64,000 bases of DNA from NCBI GenBank assembly GCA_010405405.1, contig MU004238.1, forward strand, positions 383,530 through 447,529, given 5' to 3'. The stretch is from Microthyrium microscopicum. Its lineage: Eukaryota. Both the position numbers and the translations under genes were made by a program. Below, in pieces: positions 1 through 13,670 of this stretch. Each line of letters starts with the position of its first letter. Within the stretch, counting starts at the first letter, position 1. The notes beneath the pieces were generated by a model. The model saw only the letters and a program-made list of their open reading frames with translations, was not told the DNA's origin and did not search any database.

Positions 1-1950
1 GTTTATAACCTTACGCTAATATATTTATAGCAAAAGCTTACTATATTTGTCTTTAATTCTTATATAGGCCTTATTTATAATAACTTTAACTATAAGAATT
101 AAATTTAGAATAAGAGGGTTAGCTATAGTTATATTATAAGAAATCTAACTATAGTTACTATAGTTAAATATTCTTATTATTCACTTAGTAAATTAACTTA
201 AGATATATATAATCTAATATATAAATTATCTCTATGCTTAATTATAAATTCTCCTCTTTATAAAGAATACCTAATTAATAAACCTATAGCTAATACTATT
301 AAGAAAGTCTTAATATATATAAGTCTTAAAGAAACCTTTAAGACTAAACTTAAGAGTAGATTTATTAATAATAAAGATAAGAAGAAAGAACTAGTATAGC
401 TATAGCTTAATTAACTTTCTTTAATTAAAACTAAATATTAATAATTTGCTAGTATATTTAAAAATAAAGGTACTATAGATAGTATATATAATATATATTA
501 TAAGATTTTTATAGACGTACTTAAATTTTTAAAATATAGCTTAAATAAAGTAAATATATTAAGTATAAACTTCTACTAATATTTATAGCTAACTAACTTA
601 TTAATAGGTAAACTTTATATCTTTACTTATTAATTATTTTTTATATATAAGAATTAACTTAATATAAAGAATAATTATACTATAAAATTTAAGTAATCTT
701 ATTTATCTTAGGCCTTTAATTAAAAGAAGTAGCTTTATTTAATTATTAGGTAGTTTTATACTTAAAAGTATTTTAGAGAGAGTATTATTAAGAACTATTA
801 AGGACTTATTAATTATTATAAGCGTACTTTATATTCTATTAAGTATAATATTACTACTTAAGGTCGCCTAAAGAATAAAATACGCTAGTCTATTTAGTTA
901 TATAAGCTAAAACCTATTCTATAATAAGTATTTAATACTTAAAACTTAGCCTTATTTAAGCTTACTTTACGTCGTTATAAATACTACCCTTTAAATATAA
1001 CTTTTAATATACTAGTAGATAATACGATTATAAGAGATATTATTAAGATATTAATAGTAAATTAGGTAGTTAAAATTATTTAAGATATTTAAACTCTTAT
1101 ATATTAAGTAGAAAGTTAAATTAGTTTATATAAGAATAAAGAAGGTAGTATAATAGTACTAGAGGACGTTAATATTTAGTTCTAAACGTTATATTAATAT
1201 ATATAAGAGATCTACCTATTATTAATATTAAAATACGCTATTAAATATATAGATATTAGTTTACTTTGCTAGCTAATTAATCTTATAATATATTAGTTCT
1301 ATAAGTCTAGTTCTAATAATTATAGTAATAAGATAATATAGCTTAAGTAAAATATACTAAATACTATTAATAAACTAGAGTTATAACGCGCTATACTAGC
1401 TTTTAGCTTAGTTAACTAGCTTAGTAAACTATATACTTATAAGGCTATAGATTTAGGCTTAGAATATATAAATAGTAGTATAAAACTAGATATAAAAGCC
1501 TAGAAGAATTTAACTTATAATATTTATACTACTTTTAATTATATATACCTTATAAATAGTTTTAGTAAAGAGTTAAAAGCTACGCTAGAGAATTTATTTA
1601 GTAAATATATATCTAGTATAAGGAGTATTACTATTATAAAGTATAACGTTAATATAATATATAATACTTTAATTTAAGGTAATTTTATAGAGCATTAGTT
1701 TCTAGAGGCTATTTAGATTAGAAAGAATAATTACAACTCTTAAGATATATAAATATTTAGAGCCTTAATACTTATTATTAGATAAAGGCGTTTAATAAAA
1801 AGTATATAATAATTTTAAATTAAGCGCGTATAATACTTAAGAGTAGTAGAGACGTTAAGCTAAAGTTTAATACTAGTATAGTAGTAAATTATACCTAAGC
1901 TTAAGATGCTAAAGAAGAAGATAAATTTAGTAACTTTAAAGATATTAATA
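1..1950 (+). pseudogene. RIP-inactivated DUF6589-family protein (putative Academ-type transposase), 5' part outside window
   Basis: Frame +1 reads YNNFNYK at 76 (ancestral YDNFDYK), FKNKGTIDS near 457 (FENEGTIDG), IKYIDISLL near 1240 (xKxxDIGLL), FYKSSSNNYSNK at 1297 (FHGSGSNNYGNE) and LVN*LSK..AIDLGLEYINSSIK at 1408-1485 (LVNWSGK..AIDLGLEHMNGSIK). Motif order matches DUF6589 as I recall it; the 3' end is approximate. Confidence 0.7.
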
Positions 1951-2292
1951 GATTTTAACCTAAGTTTTTAAGTTAGTTTAATTATATATATTATAATAAA
2001 AGAGCTTAATTTATTAAATTTACTTACTTATTAGTAAAGGATTATTTAAGAACTTATTAAGCTAACTAAGTATTAGTAGGTATAGTTAATAATCTAGTAT
2101 TTTTAGTTTATAACTTAGAGATTACCTTAACTTCTAAAGAGCTTTTATAACTTATATTACTCTACTTATAACTACTTTTACCCTTTCTACTCATAAATCT
2201 ATTCTAATCTAATTAGTTTTAAAGGTTTATTCATCCGTAAGTAATATAAATATAGTACTATAGTAGATGCTAATCTTGTTTCTCTTATTAAC

Positions 2293-2510
2293 TATAATGA
2301 TTCCTTATAGTACTATGTTGAGAGAGATCTTAGTATTATAAGATTACGCGCTAGACCTAGAGAGTATTAGCGCGTCTAAGGTTCTACTAAGTGGACTTAC
2401 TTCTCTTATAGATCTATAGTAGTTCTAAATTTTCTTCTTCTCTCTCTTGTATATAGATTCTTAAATACTAGCTAATTATCTACTTACTTTAAGTCCTATT
2501 GCTTATTATA
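2293..2510 (+). repeat. 5' LTR
   Basis: Ungapped match to 9958-10175; termini TAT...ATA are RIP-mutated TGT...ACA. Confidence 0.95.
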
Positions 2511-3099
2511 TAATCTACGTACTATAAAATTATTACGCGCTTATACTACGTATTAAAAAAGCTTTAAATCGTTTAGCGTAGGTAATATCTTATTACTCTT
2601 TACGTAGGTAATATCTTATTATACTTTATATATAGGACTCTAAAATTTTAAGCCCTACTTTAAAATCTAATAATACTAAAACTAATTAGCGCGTTGGAAT
2701 TCTTTAACGCTAATTATTTTAATTAGTGTTAGACTAATAAAAGGTCTAAGCTTTAATTGCCCCTTAATTACTTGCGTATAGGAATACTAAATTTATCTTC
2801 CTTACTATAATTCCTCTAAATACTATCTTTAAACTAAAATTATTCTTAACTCTAAATCTCTTTTGTAGCGTTTGTTAATTAAAAACTCTAATAGCTAGTA
2901 AGAATCTATTGCTATTATAAGCAATTAAGTTTTTTTACTACTATAGGGTAGACGTAGAGTAGATAGCTATTTATACTAATTTTTTTTACTCTAGCGTAAG
3001 GCTAATTAGCCTAATTATTATTAATTCTTATTTTCTTTATATTACTTATTAATTTTAAGTTGCCCTTTTACTATATTAGATATTAGCTAGTTAAATACT

Positions 3100-5181
3100 T
3101 AAGATACTATATAGATTTTATAATCTATAAAGAAGTTACTTATACGTAACTAAGAACTATAGAAATTATTAGTAAACTTTAATAAAAATAATAACGACTA
3201 GCTACTTAGGTTATTATAAAAAGAGAGTAAGAGGAAAGCCTTAATTTATAATAATAAAGGAGTAAGATCCTTAAAATAGTATATTAAAGATACTACTCGT
3301 AAAGGAGATAAGGAATTTAGAAGCAAAGAGGAAGGTAATATTACTAAAATCTATAGAATCTTTAAAGATAATACTAGCTTATTATAAGAAATTATTAAAT
3401 AGTTAGTAGTTATATAAAAGAATTTAGAATTAGTAGACGTTCCTTTAATATTTAAGAGCTATTATATAGTTATTATAGACTTAAACTATATTGTTAATCT
3501 CTTAATAGATTACGAGCTATTATAATTCTAAGCTATAGCGTATTAAGCGTTGCTTAGTTAAGAAGGCTAGAAGCTAGAGCCTACCCTACTAATAGTATAA
3601 AAGACCCTAGAGGACTTAGAACTACTATACTATAATTACTTTGTTATCTAATTTAGCTAAGGCCTTACCTATACTCTAAAAGGTAGCCTAGACTTTAATA
3701 AATTTATTATAATATTGTTTAACTACTACTTAAAGATATAGGCTATGTCCTACCTTTATAATATAGAATAAGACGTAAACGTCGTCTAAGCTAAGTAATT
3801 AAATAAAGAGAAAGCCTATAGCGCCTAGCTAGAGGAAGATGCTAAATAAAACTAGAATCTAGTAAATAATCTTATAAAAGTAAATAAAGACTATTAAGTA
3901 GAGATCTTATAGCTAAATACTAGACTTTAAGATAGTAACGTCTTCCTTAATAAGAGAGTTACTACTTATAAAACTATAAATAACCTCTAGTATAATAATG
4001 CCCTTTTAAAAGATATAGTTATATCCTAATTCTCTAAACTAGATTAGTTTTAAACTATACTTTAGTAGAAAGTTAATAAAGTTATAGTGCTTTAAGTATA
4101 AGTTAAAGCCTTTTAAAAGTCTAAGATACTTAAGAAGATAAATAACTCTTACGCTAATCTTAATAAGAACGCTAATAATAACTTGCTACGCTCTATATTA
4201 GTTAGTCCTAATTTAAACTTAAATTGCTAGTCTCTATATAGAAGTTCTATACTTTACTAATTTACTCCTAATTCCTTAATATACACTATAAGTAAAGGTT
4301 TTAGGAAACGAGGAGAAAAGCTTACTAAGTTTAATAGGAAAGATAAAGATAAGTACTATGCTTAGAAAGCTAAAGCGCTTAATTACCTTAATAAGAACGC
4401 TCTTATATATAATATAGAGTTATCTAAGATTCGTCTAATTTAGAGATAGATAGATAAATAGGCCTTCGCTACTATTAAAGAGTAAAGTAAATAAGATTCT
4501 TATAACCTATACCTTTATTTAAAAGAGGTATAGGCAAACCTAGACTATAAATATACTACTAAGGATAGTTTTGTAAAGGCTAAAGCTTAGCTTAAAATAC
4601 TAGAAGCTTAAATAAAGGTATTAGAAAAGGTAGAAGAATATCTTACTTGCTTCTCTTTTAATTCTTACGAAGCAAGATTATCTAATAAAAAGAAGATTAT
4701 TAAATTGCGTAACTTATTACTAAAGTATTTTACTAATTATTTACTATTTATTAAACTAGACTCTTACTCTAAATTTATTAATAACTTCTATAAGGTATCT
4801 TGCTAAATAAAATATTAACCTTCTATAGAAACTAATAATAATAGCTACTCTAACTCTAATAGCTCTTATAAAAGTTATAGAGGTAGAGGGCGTAGAAATT
4901 ATAATAGTAGTAGTAGTACTTATAATAATATTACTAATAATAATAGTAAAATTATACGTTTATAAGAAGTTTTTTACGCCTTACGAAAGGATAACTATTA
5001 TATCTAATATAGAGAATAAGGATATAGCTATTAGAAAGTAAACGCTTTATGTATAGGTAAAGATCCTCTTTTTAATACTAAGATTTATACTAAAGTTATT
5101 TATATAGCTATTACCTTCGCTATAGTATTTATATAACTTAACTCTAATTCTTTACGTATTAATAACGACTTAAAAAACTAA
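3100..5181 (+). pseudogene. gag: gag of the Gypsy element (start approximate)
   Basis: Frame +1 YYI*YRE*GY near 4996-5025 is a RIP-mutated Cx2Cx4H zinc knuckle; the frame ends A AAA AAC TAA at 5172-5181. Confidence 0.7.
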
Positions 5182-8100
5182 AAGCTCCTTTATATAGACG
5201 CGTAAAGAAGCTAAATAAGTAAGAAGCGTATAACTATTAAAAGAAAAAGAAATACTAAGTATATATATTTAATCTAGAGGACGAGCTAGAGATTATTCTC
5301 GCTACTAATAAAATATTAAGATATTAAGCCTATATATCTAACTCTAACTTAGACGATAAGGAAGGAGATAAAGACGTACTAAATTATAACTTTAACTTTA
5401 ACCTAGAGCTAAATCTAGAGCCTATAGAAAAAGCTTAGTCTAAATAATTAACTATAGAGGAATAGACGTTTAATAAAGAACCTATCTTTACTAAAGAATA
5501 AATCTAGAGTATAGTCTAAGATATAATTAAATACCTATAAAAGCTAGTAGAGCTAGAGCTTATAGTAATCTAAATCTCCTTAGTATTTATTATAAATAAT
5601 TTCTATCTAAGAGGTGTTTCTAAGATACCTATAGTTAGTAATTAGTAGACTACTAAAGGTATAGCTTATTTACTAAAAGTAGAATATTATGTCTAAACTA
5701 ACGTATTAATTAATATAGGAAGTAGAGTAATAAGTATTATATACCTAAATTTTATTTATTAATATAGTATTCCTATAATAAATCTATCTACTCCTTAAGT
5801 AATATAACTTACTAATAGTAAAGTAGTTGCTAAGGTAGATAAAGCTACTATAATAAATATACGCCTTAGTAAGCATATTAAGTAAATCTGTTACTTTATT
5901 ATAGATATTGCTAGTTATAATATTATTCTTAGAAATCTATAGATAAACCTCTATAAGGTTACTCTTAAAGAAGGTAAGAAGAAAATTTACTTTAACTCTA
6001 CCTATTACTTAGTAAATTGCCTACCTAATAGTTACTTAATATTAGTAGATTATAAAGGTCGTTCTTATAACCTTACTAACCCTTTACTAGATAGGAAAGA
6101 CGTTATTATAATTAGCGTAGTAGCTTTTATAAAAATACTAAAATAAGGATAGGAATTTAGTAAAGTATAGCTAAAAGATTTAGATAAAGATAAAGATAAA
6201 GCGCTACTAAATTCCTCTATATTAGAAACGCTAAAAAAGAATATCGCGATTAATCTCTTTAAGATATCTCTAGAAGACTATAAGAAGTAGCGTAAGAAGT
6301 ATAATTAGCCTTTATTAAGCTAGGAAGAAATCTTAAAGAAACTACTAAAGGAATTCTATTACTATATTAATATCTTTAACCTAAAGCTAAGTAATAATCT
6401 AGTACTATATTATAGTGAATAGAACTACTCTATTAATATTATTCCTAACGCTACTATTCTTAAGTAAAGATATAATACCTTTTTATATTAAGAATTACTA
6501 GTTATTAAGTAGTATATTAATTAAATACTTAGCTATAATTAAGTTTAAGCTAGTAAATCCTACTTTGTTGCCCTAATGTTATATATATATAAATCTAGAA
6601 ATAGTATCTACGTCTATATTAATTATTAAGGCCTAAATAAAATTACCTAGAAGAACTATAACGTCCCTTTATAACTATTAGAAACCTTAGCTAGAATATG
6701 CTATATAAAATTCTTCTTAAAATTTAACATTATTATAGCCTTTACTTATATTTAAATTAAACTAGAGGATAAATATAAAACTATATTCCTTACTTATTAT
6801 AGTCTTTATAAATTTAAGGTTATACTATTTAGTCTTACTAGAGCTCTAGGCATTTTTTAAGTATACTTAAATTACGTCCTTATAGAATACCTTAATAACT
6901 TTGTTATAAGCTATATAGATAACCTTCTAGTCTTTAGTAAGAGCTAAGATTAGTATACTATATATATCTACCTTATCCTAAAAGCTATAAGTAAAGTAGG
7001 TTTCTATCTTAATATTAATAAGTATAACTTCTTTACTAAATAAATTAAATACCTTAGCCTTATTATTACTACTACTAATATTAAGATAGATCTAGATAAA
7101 GTTAAAAGTATTACTAAATAGGCTTAACCTTTATTAATTAAAGACGTATAGGCGTTCCTAGGCTTTACTAATTTTTACTATCATTTTATTTATAGTTACT
7201 TCTAAACTGCTACCTTTCTAACCACCCTTACTAAAAAAGATATAATAATAATCTTTCTATAGGATCTAGATAGACCTAAGGACTACGTATTTAAAAAGCT
7301 AAAAAAGGACTTTACTACTATATCTATCCTTTACTACTTTAATTATATAAAAGAAATATAGTTAGAGATAGACGCCTCTAATTAGGTATATATTATAGTA
7401 CTCTCTTAGAAAGATAAAGAAGGCAAATTATAGCCTATCATATTCTTATTAAAGAAGATAACTCTTACTAAATATAACTATAATATTTATAATAAGAAGT
7501 TATTAGCAATTATCCACGCTTTTAAAGAATAGAAACTAGAGCTATTCTCTATAGTAGATATAGTTAAGGTATTCTTAGACTACTAGAACTTATAAACCTT
7601 TATGATGACTAAAAAGTTATTTTGCTAATAAATAAGATAGACTAAATTCCTATCCTAATTCTATTTCTAAGTTTAGTATCGCCTTAGTCTATTTAATAGT
7701 AAAGCTAACGTACTTACTTACTAATTATAAGATCTACCTTAGGACGATAATAACCTATAGGTCTCTTAGTAAGTCTAACTACTATTATTTCCTTACTAAT
7801 TTAATACTCCCTACGCTATTAAATTAGCTTTACTATTAGTTAAACTAGTAGCACTATTAATTATATACTTAGCTACTATTATTTAAGATAAGTTAGATAT
7901 CTCTACCTCTATAGAAAAGTTAATAGATCCTACAAAGGGGTTAGCTAGTAATAAAAGACCGCCTAAGAGGAAGTTAATAGAACCCCTAGGAGATAATAAA
8001 TTCCTAGATTTTAATAGTAATTAGTTTATATAAGACATAGTTTAAGAGTCTACTAGTAACAAAACTATAAAAGCTATCTAATAGGCTAAAGTAAACTACT

Positions 8101-9560
8101 AAACGTATCTATCCTTTAATATGCCTAAGTAGGAAAGTATTAAGCTAGGTAACTATATAGTTACTATAAATAATATAATTCTATACTATAACTATATCTT
8201 TGTCTTCTATAGTAAACTACGTTACTAAGCCCTATTCTTTACTTATAGCTACAAAGTTATAAGCTATAAAGGAGTAGCTATAACCTATTATTACTTATAA
8301 GAGACTTATTAGTAGCCTAAAATATTATAAGATGTAAAGATATATATAAAAGGTTATAAATACGTCTTTACTAAACTAGTACGATAAAAGAAGCAAAGAT
8401 TCTTAAGAAGCTTCCTCTTACTAGAACGTGCTTAGTTAGATATCTTTATTAACTTTATCGTTTTATTACTATACTGTTGCTACTAAGGAGTAATCTACTA
8501 CTATATTATAGTTATTATAGATTATTATATAAGAATGTATTGCTTTATCTTGCTACTAGACCTCTCTATAGAATTTATAGTTTTAGCATTTATTAACTAT
8601 ATTTAGAGATTAGTAGGTTAGCCTAGAAGCATCCTTTTAGATCGTAGTAGCTAATTTACCTTAGCCTTTTAGAAATATTTATATAAATGTATTAGTACTA
8701 TTCTTTACCTTAGTATAGCTTTTTACCTAGAGATAGATAGTATTATAGAAATCTTTATTGTAGCCCTAAAGTAGTATTTATGAGCCTTTATTAATTAGAA
8801 TTAAGATAATTAAGTTGCTTTACTACTATTTATAGAATTTGTAGTTAACTTAGTAGTAAACGTAACTATAAGAATTACGTCCTTCTAGGTATAAAATAGC
8901 TTTAATCCTTAATTAGGCCTTAAAGCTAATTACCTTATTCCTTACTCGTCTTATACCTCTATCGCTACTAATAAAGAAGAAGCTAATGTAGATATTATAT
9001 AATAAGGTTGCGCTAATATATATAAATACCTTATAGAGTAACTTACTTAGGCTTAAGTATAATAAGCTAAGTATACTAACTATTATTACTAAGCCGTACT
9101 AAATCTATAGCTAAGTAATTAGGTAAGATTAGATACTCGTAATTACTCTACCTTTTATCCTTTAAAAACGCTTAATAGTAAAAGCTCTAAACCTTTCTAT
9201 ATTATTAAAAAGATTAATGCTATTATATATAAGCTAGATCTACCCTCCTTAATAAAAATACATAATGTCTTTTATGCTTAAATCCTTTACTATATTACTA
9301 ATAATGCTAAACTTTTAAAATATTTAAATCTCCCTTTTATAATTATAGGTAAGACTAAAGAAACTATAGAATAGTAGGTAGATATAATTATTAATAGCTA
9401 TTATAAGCCCTAGACTAAGAAGAAAACGTTATAGTATATAATTAAATTTATAGGCTATAATATAGTAGAATGGCACGATTAGCATAATGCTAAGAACGCT
9501 CTAGATCTAATTGCAGAATTCTATGCCTATTATTTTAATAAGCTAAGCTTTTACCCCTCC
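5172..9560 (+). pseudogene. pol: pol (protease, RT, RNase H, integrase, chromodomain)
   Basis: All in frame +3: VLINIGS at 5703 (LIDTGS), YIDNLLVFS at 6912 (YxDD), LEIDASN* at 7362 (LETDASDW), YNKKLLAII (YDKELLAII), ILLDRSS*FTLAF* at 8631 (SDRGSQFTSAFW), IHNVFYA, and E**VDIIINS at 9369 (chromodomain). End approximate. Confidence 0.92.
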
Positions 9561-9840
9561 TAGATCCTATTATAGTTAGAGCTAACTAAAGATAATAACG
9601 TCGCGTATAACTCTAATAGAGTCCTTACTAACTAGCGCTAAAAAGTTTACTTTCTTTATATTACTAATATCTCTATTTAGCATGGATATGCTAGCCTTTA
9701 GACTACTAAGACTTAAGAACTAGAGTATTCTAGAGATATCTTAAGGTTCGTTAATGCCTCTTAATAGTTGCTTTAGTAAGCTAAAGGTTAAGATGCTCTA
9801 AACGTCTAATCATTAGCGTTATATTATAGAAGGAATTTAT

Positions 9841-9904
9841 TAGATTAGACTAAATTAGACTAGACTAGATTAGACTAGACTAGAACGGACTAGAATAGAC
9901 TAGA
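9841..9904 (+). repeat. (TAGAY)n pentamer microsatellite in the retroelement 3' non-coding region
   Basis: tagat tagac taaat tagac tagac ... about 13 units. Confidence 0.85.
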
Positions 9905-9943
9905 AGAGTAATAATAAGCTAAGATAGCCTAGAGAGCTATTCT

Positions 9944-9954
9944 AAAGGAGAGGG
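9944..9954 (+). other. Polypurine tract
   Basis: aaaggagaggg ends 3 nt upstream of the 3' LTR start (TGT at 9958). Confidence 0.85.
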
Positions 9955-9957
9955 TTA

Positions 9958-10175
9958 TGTAATAATTCCTTATAGTACTATATTGAGAGAGATCTTAGTA
10001 TTATAAGATTACGCGCTAGACCTAGAGAGTGTTAGCGCGTCTAAGGTTCTACTAAGCGGACTTACTTCTCTTATAGATCTATAGTAGTTCTAGATCTTCT
10101 TCCTCTCTCTCTTGTACGTAGATTCTTAAATACTAGCTAATTATCTGCTCACTCTAAGTCCTACCGCTCGTCACA
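9958..10175 (+). repeat. 3' LTR
   Basis: Begins TGTAAT, ends TCACA, followed by the TSD TTAAC. Confidence 0.96.
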
Positions 10176-10180
10176 TTAAC

Positions 10181-10328
10181 CTATAAGCTAATCTAAGCCT
10201 AGTCTTACTAAGCCTAAATATAATATTTAAGTCTCTCTTACTAACCTTTAAGCTAATTTAAGCCTAGTCTTACTAAGCCTAAATATAATATCTAGGTCTC
10301 TCTTACTAACCTTTAAGCTAATCTAAGC
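10181..10328. repeat. 65-bp tandem repeat interrupted by the retrotransposon
   Basis: Units start at 10181, 10246 and 10311; the left flank of the element (tctcttattaac, 2281-2292) matches the unit end (tctcttactaac). Confidence 0.85.
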
Positions 10329-12331
10329 AACTCTTTATATATTTCTATTATATTAGGTATTATCCTTTATAAGAAGTATTACGATACTAATAATATAGTA
10401 AATAAGATTTATTACCTTTCTCTTAATTTACTTACCTTTAGTATAATTAGCTATAAGTATTATAATACTAACTACGTTATAATACTAATATCTATCTAAT
10501 TATTCTAAACCTACTTATATTTAGTATTATTAGTAGTAAGTATTATAATGCTAACTAAGTTATAAACTATAACTATTCTATTACTCTAGACTTACTTATC
10601 ATTAGTATTATGTCTTATAACTAAGACGCGCTAAAGTCTTTACTCTATACTATACTAAAGGAAGGTAGTTAAAGTTTAAGTACTTATTAAATATCTAACT
10701 ACTCTACTACTAATTCTTTTACTATACGTAATATTAAGTAAGACTACTATGCTATAATTCTTTACTTAGCGCTATATCTTTTTAGCCTTAACTAATTTAC
10801 TAGTTGCTTTAGCTATAAATTTCTAAAGTTCTAAAATTTTATTTATATATTAGTTACCTAAGCGCTAGTCTTTAATATTAATAGTTCTATAAACCTTAAA
10901 TAGTATACTTATATACTAAATTTCTTTTATATATATATTACTAATAATAAGTACTAGACTCTCTATAATAGCTACTCTTATCTTAATAATAATAAGATTC
11001 TATAAATAATTAACTAGAAGTTAACCTACGTAAGTAGTATTAAAGGCTTATATATCTTTATTACTTAAGTTGTTTATAATTATTTATATTAGCTATTTCT
11101 ATTAGTTAGAATATATAAGAAAATATATAAAAAGACTTACTTCTATAAGTAGTTTATTAAACGCTACTTCTATATTAAAAGCTCTTATCTAATTTAGAAG
11201 GAAAGGGTTTAAGTATTAAATAGTAATAATAGTACTAATAGCTTATATACCTACTAACTCTATATTATACTAGATAAAAATAGTTAGAGTTTAAGTACTC
11301 TTATTTAATCTAGGAGGAGAGGGTTTAAGTACTAAATAGTAATAATAATACTAATAATTTACTAAAGTCTAAATAAGACGCTTTTATAATAATTGTCGTA
11401 GATATAATTTTAATTATTAATAATAATAATAATTAGTTAGCTAAAGTCCTTATTCTATACTATACTAGAGAAAGATAGTTAAAGTTTAAGTACTTAAGCC
11501 TTATCTAAGAGATAAGATTTTAATATCTAATCTATTCTATAATACACTAATTTATTAGTTTGCTTTACTATAGTATATATAGGCTAATTATAGATAAGGT
11601 AAAGAGAAGCAACCTTATAAGACTAGAATACTCTTTATATACGTCTTAAAGTAACTTAATAATAAGTACGAAATTAAGTATAGTAAGGTTTACCTAAGAA
11701 TAAGTAGTATTATAAGTTATGCTAGCGTACTAGTATTAATAAACGCATAAATTTCTATAAGCCTTCTAAGTAGTAGAATTATCTAGATACTAAGTTAGCT
11801 ATCTTACTTAAAAGAGTTAATTTGCTAAGGATACCTTCTAATTATAGTAAAGCTTTAATTAAAAATAAGTAATACTATAAGTTACGCTAGTATATAGAAA
11901 TTAATAAGTATATAAGTTAACTATCTTACTTAAAAGGATAAGTTTATAAAGAATACCTTCTTAATACTATACGTTATAATAGTTATTAATAACTATTAAG
12001 GGTTTTATAAGCTTTTTAGACGCTAAGAATATCTAGACGCTAAATTGGCTATCTTACTTAGAAAGATAAGCTTATTATACTATCTTATAAGTCTTTCTAT
12101 TACTAGTAGTTACTCTTAGCTTTTTAAGATAAATAATAACCTTTATTATAAGTAACGTAGGTAATATTTACTATTATTTTAATTAAATGCCTTAGTAGTA
12201 GCTCCTTCTATTTATAACTTATATATTAGGATATATATAAATATATAAGTATTAATAAGTTCTAATAGGTATTAATAGATTCTAGTAGGTATGCCTACGT
12301 AAGTAGCATTATTAATAGTAAGAACAACCCT

Positions 12332-12550
12332 CTAGTTAAAATAGAAGCTTACGTTCTATAAGACTATAGATTTAAGAATACTTAGTTAAAATAGAAGCTT
12401 ACGTTTTATTAAGATAGTAGATTTAAGAACTATAACTACCTAGTTGAAATAAAAGCTTATATTCTATTAAGATAGTAAGTTTAAGAACTATAACTACCTA
12501 GTTAAAATAGAAGTTTATGTTTTATAAGACGATAGATTTAAGAACTATAA
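12332..12550. repeat. 51-58 bp tandem repeat, 4 copies
   Basis: tagttaaaatagaagcttacgtt... at 12332, 12383, 12441 and 12498. Confidence 0.85.
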
Positions 12551-12834
12551 TATAAGTGCTTTAGTTATAAAGCATATAAAGAATACTATATTAATTAGAA
12601 GATTAGTAATAAGGGTATAGTAATCCTTAGAAAGAATATAAAGAGTAAGTTTTCCTAGTAAGTCTAAGTACTTTACTATCTTAAGCTTTAGCTCTACTAG
12701 ATTAGAATAGAAGATTAATAATAAGGATATAATAATCCTTAGAAAGAATATACTAAATTAGTTAGAAGATTAGTAATAAGGGTATAGTAATCTTTTAACT
12801 CTTTCTCTTTTTTTTCTTCTTTTTTTTTTCTTCT

Positions 12835-13145
12835 TTAGTACGCTAATAGCCTTAATATTAGTAGTAAAGTACGCTAGTAACACTTTTTACTACTTTTAAT
12901 TACTATTTAGTCTTCTAGTCTTTAATAGTTCTTTTACTACTATTACTCCTTTAAATTTAAAGACTTAATTACCTTAGCACGCTAATAGCCTTAGTATTAA
13001 TAGTAAAGTATACTAATAATACTTCTTACTACTTTTAGTTACTATTTAGTCTTCTAGTCTTTAATAGTTCTTTTACTACTATTACTTCCTTAAGTTTAAG
13101 GACTTAACTATTCTAATACGTTAATAGCCTTAGTATTAGTAGTGC
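12835..13145. repeat. ~140-bp tandem duplication
   Basis: cgctaatagccttaatattagtagtaaagt...tagtcttctagtctttaatagttc occurs twice plus a partial third copy. Confidence 0.8.
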
Positions 13146-13670
13146 TAAAGTATGCTAATAGCTTTAGTATTTTAGCCTAAGCCTAGCACGTTAATAGTAG
13201 TAATATCTCTTAGAAGTTTATTATAAGTATATTTTAGCTACTTTCTAAAGAAACTAATACTACCCTTATAATATTAGGTTTAAACTTACTTAAAGAAGAA
13301 TTTTTAGGAATCTATAGAGTATAAATATCTTTCTTCTCTTATTTATCTTTCTTTTCTTTTTCTTCTTTTATACTATCTACTTATAGCGCCTTTACTAGAG
13401 TATAAATAAACTCTATAGAACTATAATTACTTTATTTTACTAAACTAATAGTATAGAGTTTACTACCTACTTTAAGCTAACGCTAGAGTATAAACTAGCT
13501 TAATAGAACTATAATTACTCTATCCTACTAAATTAATAGTATAAAAACTTATATAAGTTTAGAAGCACTTATTATAATATTACGCGCGCTTCTTTATAGC
13601 TCTTAGTACTTAAGATTAATACCCTTAAAGTAAGCTAGCTTACTTTACTGCTTTTAATAATACCTTTACT

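Larger units (their letters stand above)
2293..10175 (+). mobile_element. Full-length Ty3/Gypsy chromovirus LTR retrotransposon (7883 bp), RIP-inactivated
   Basis: Two 218-bp LTRs; TTAAC target-site duplication at 2288-2292 and 10176-10180; polypurine tract before the 3' LTR; gag zinc knuckle followed by PR-RT-RH-IN-chromodomain. Confidence 0.97.
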
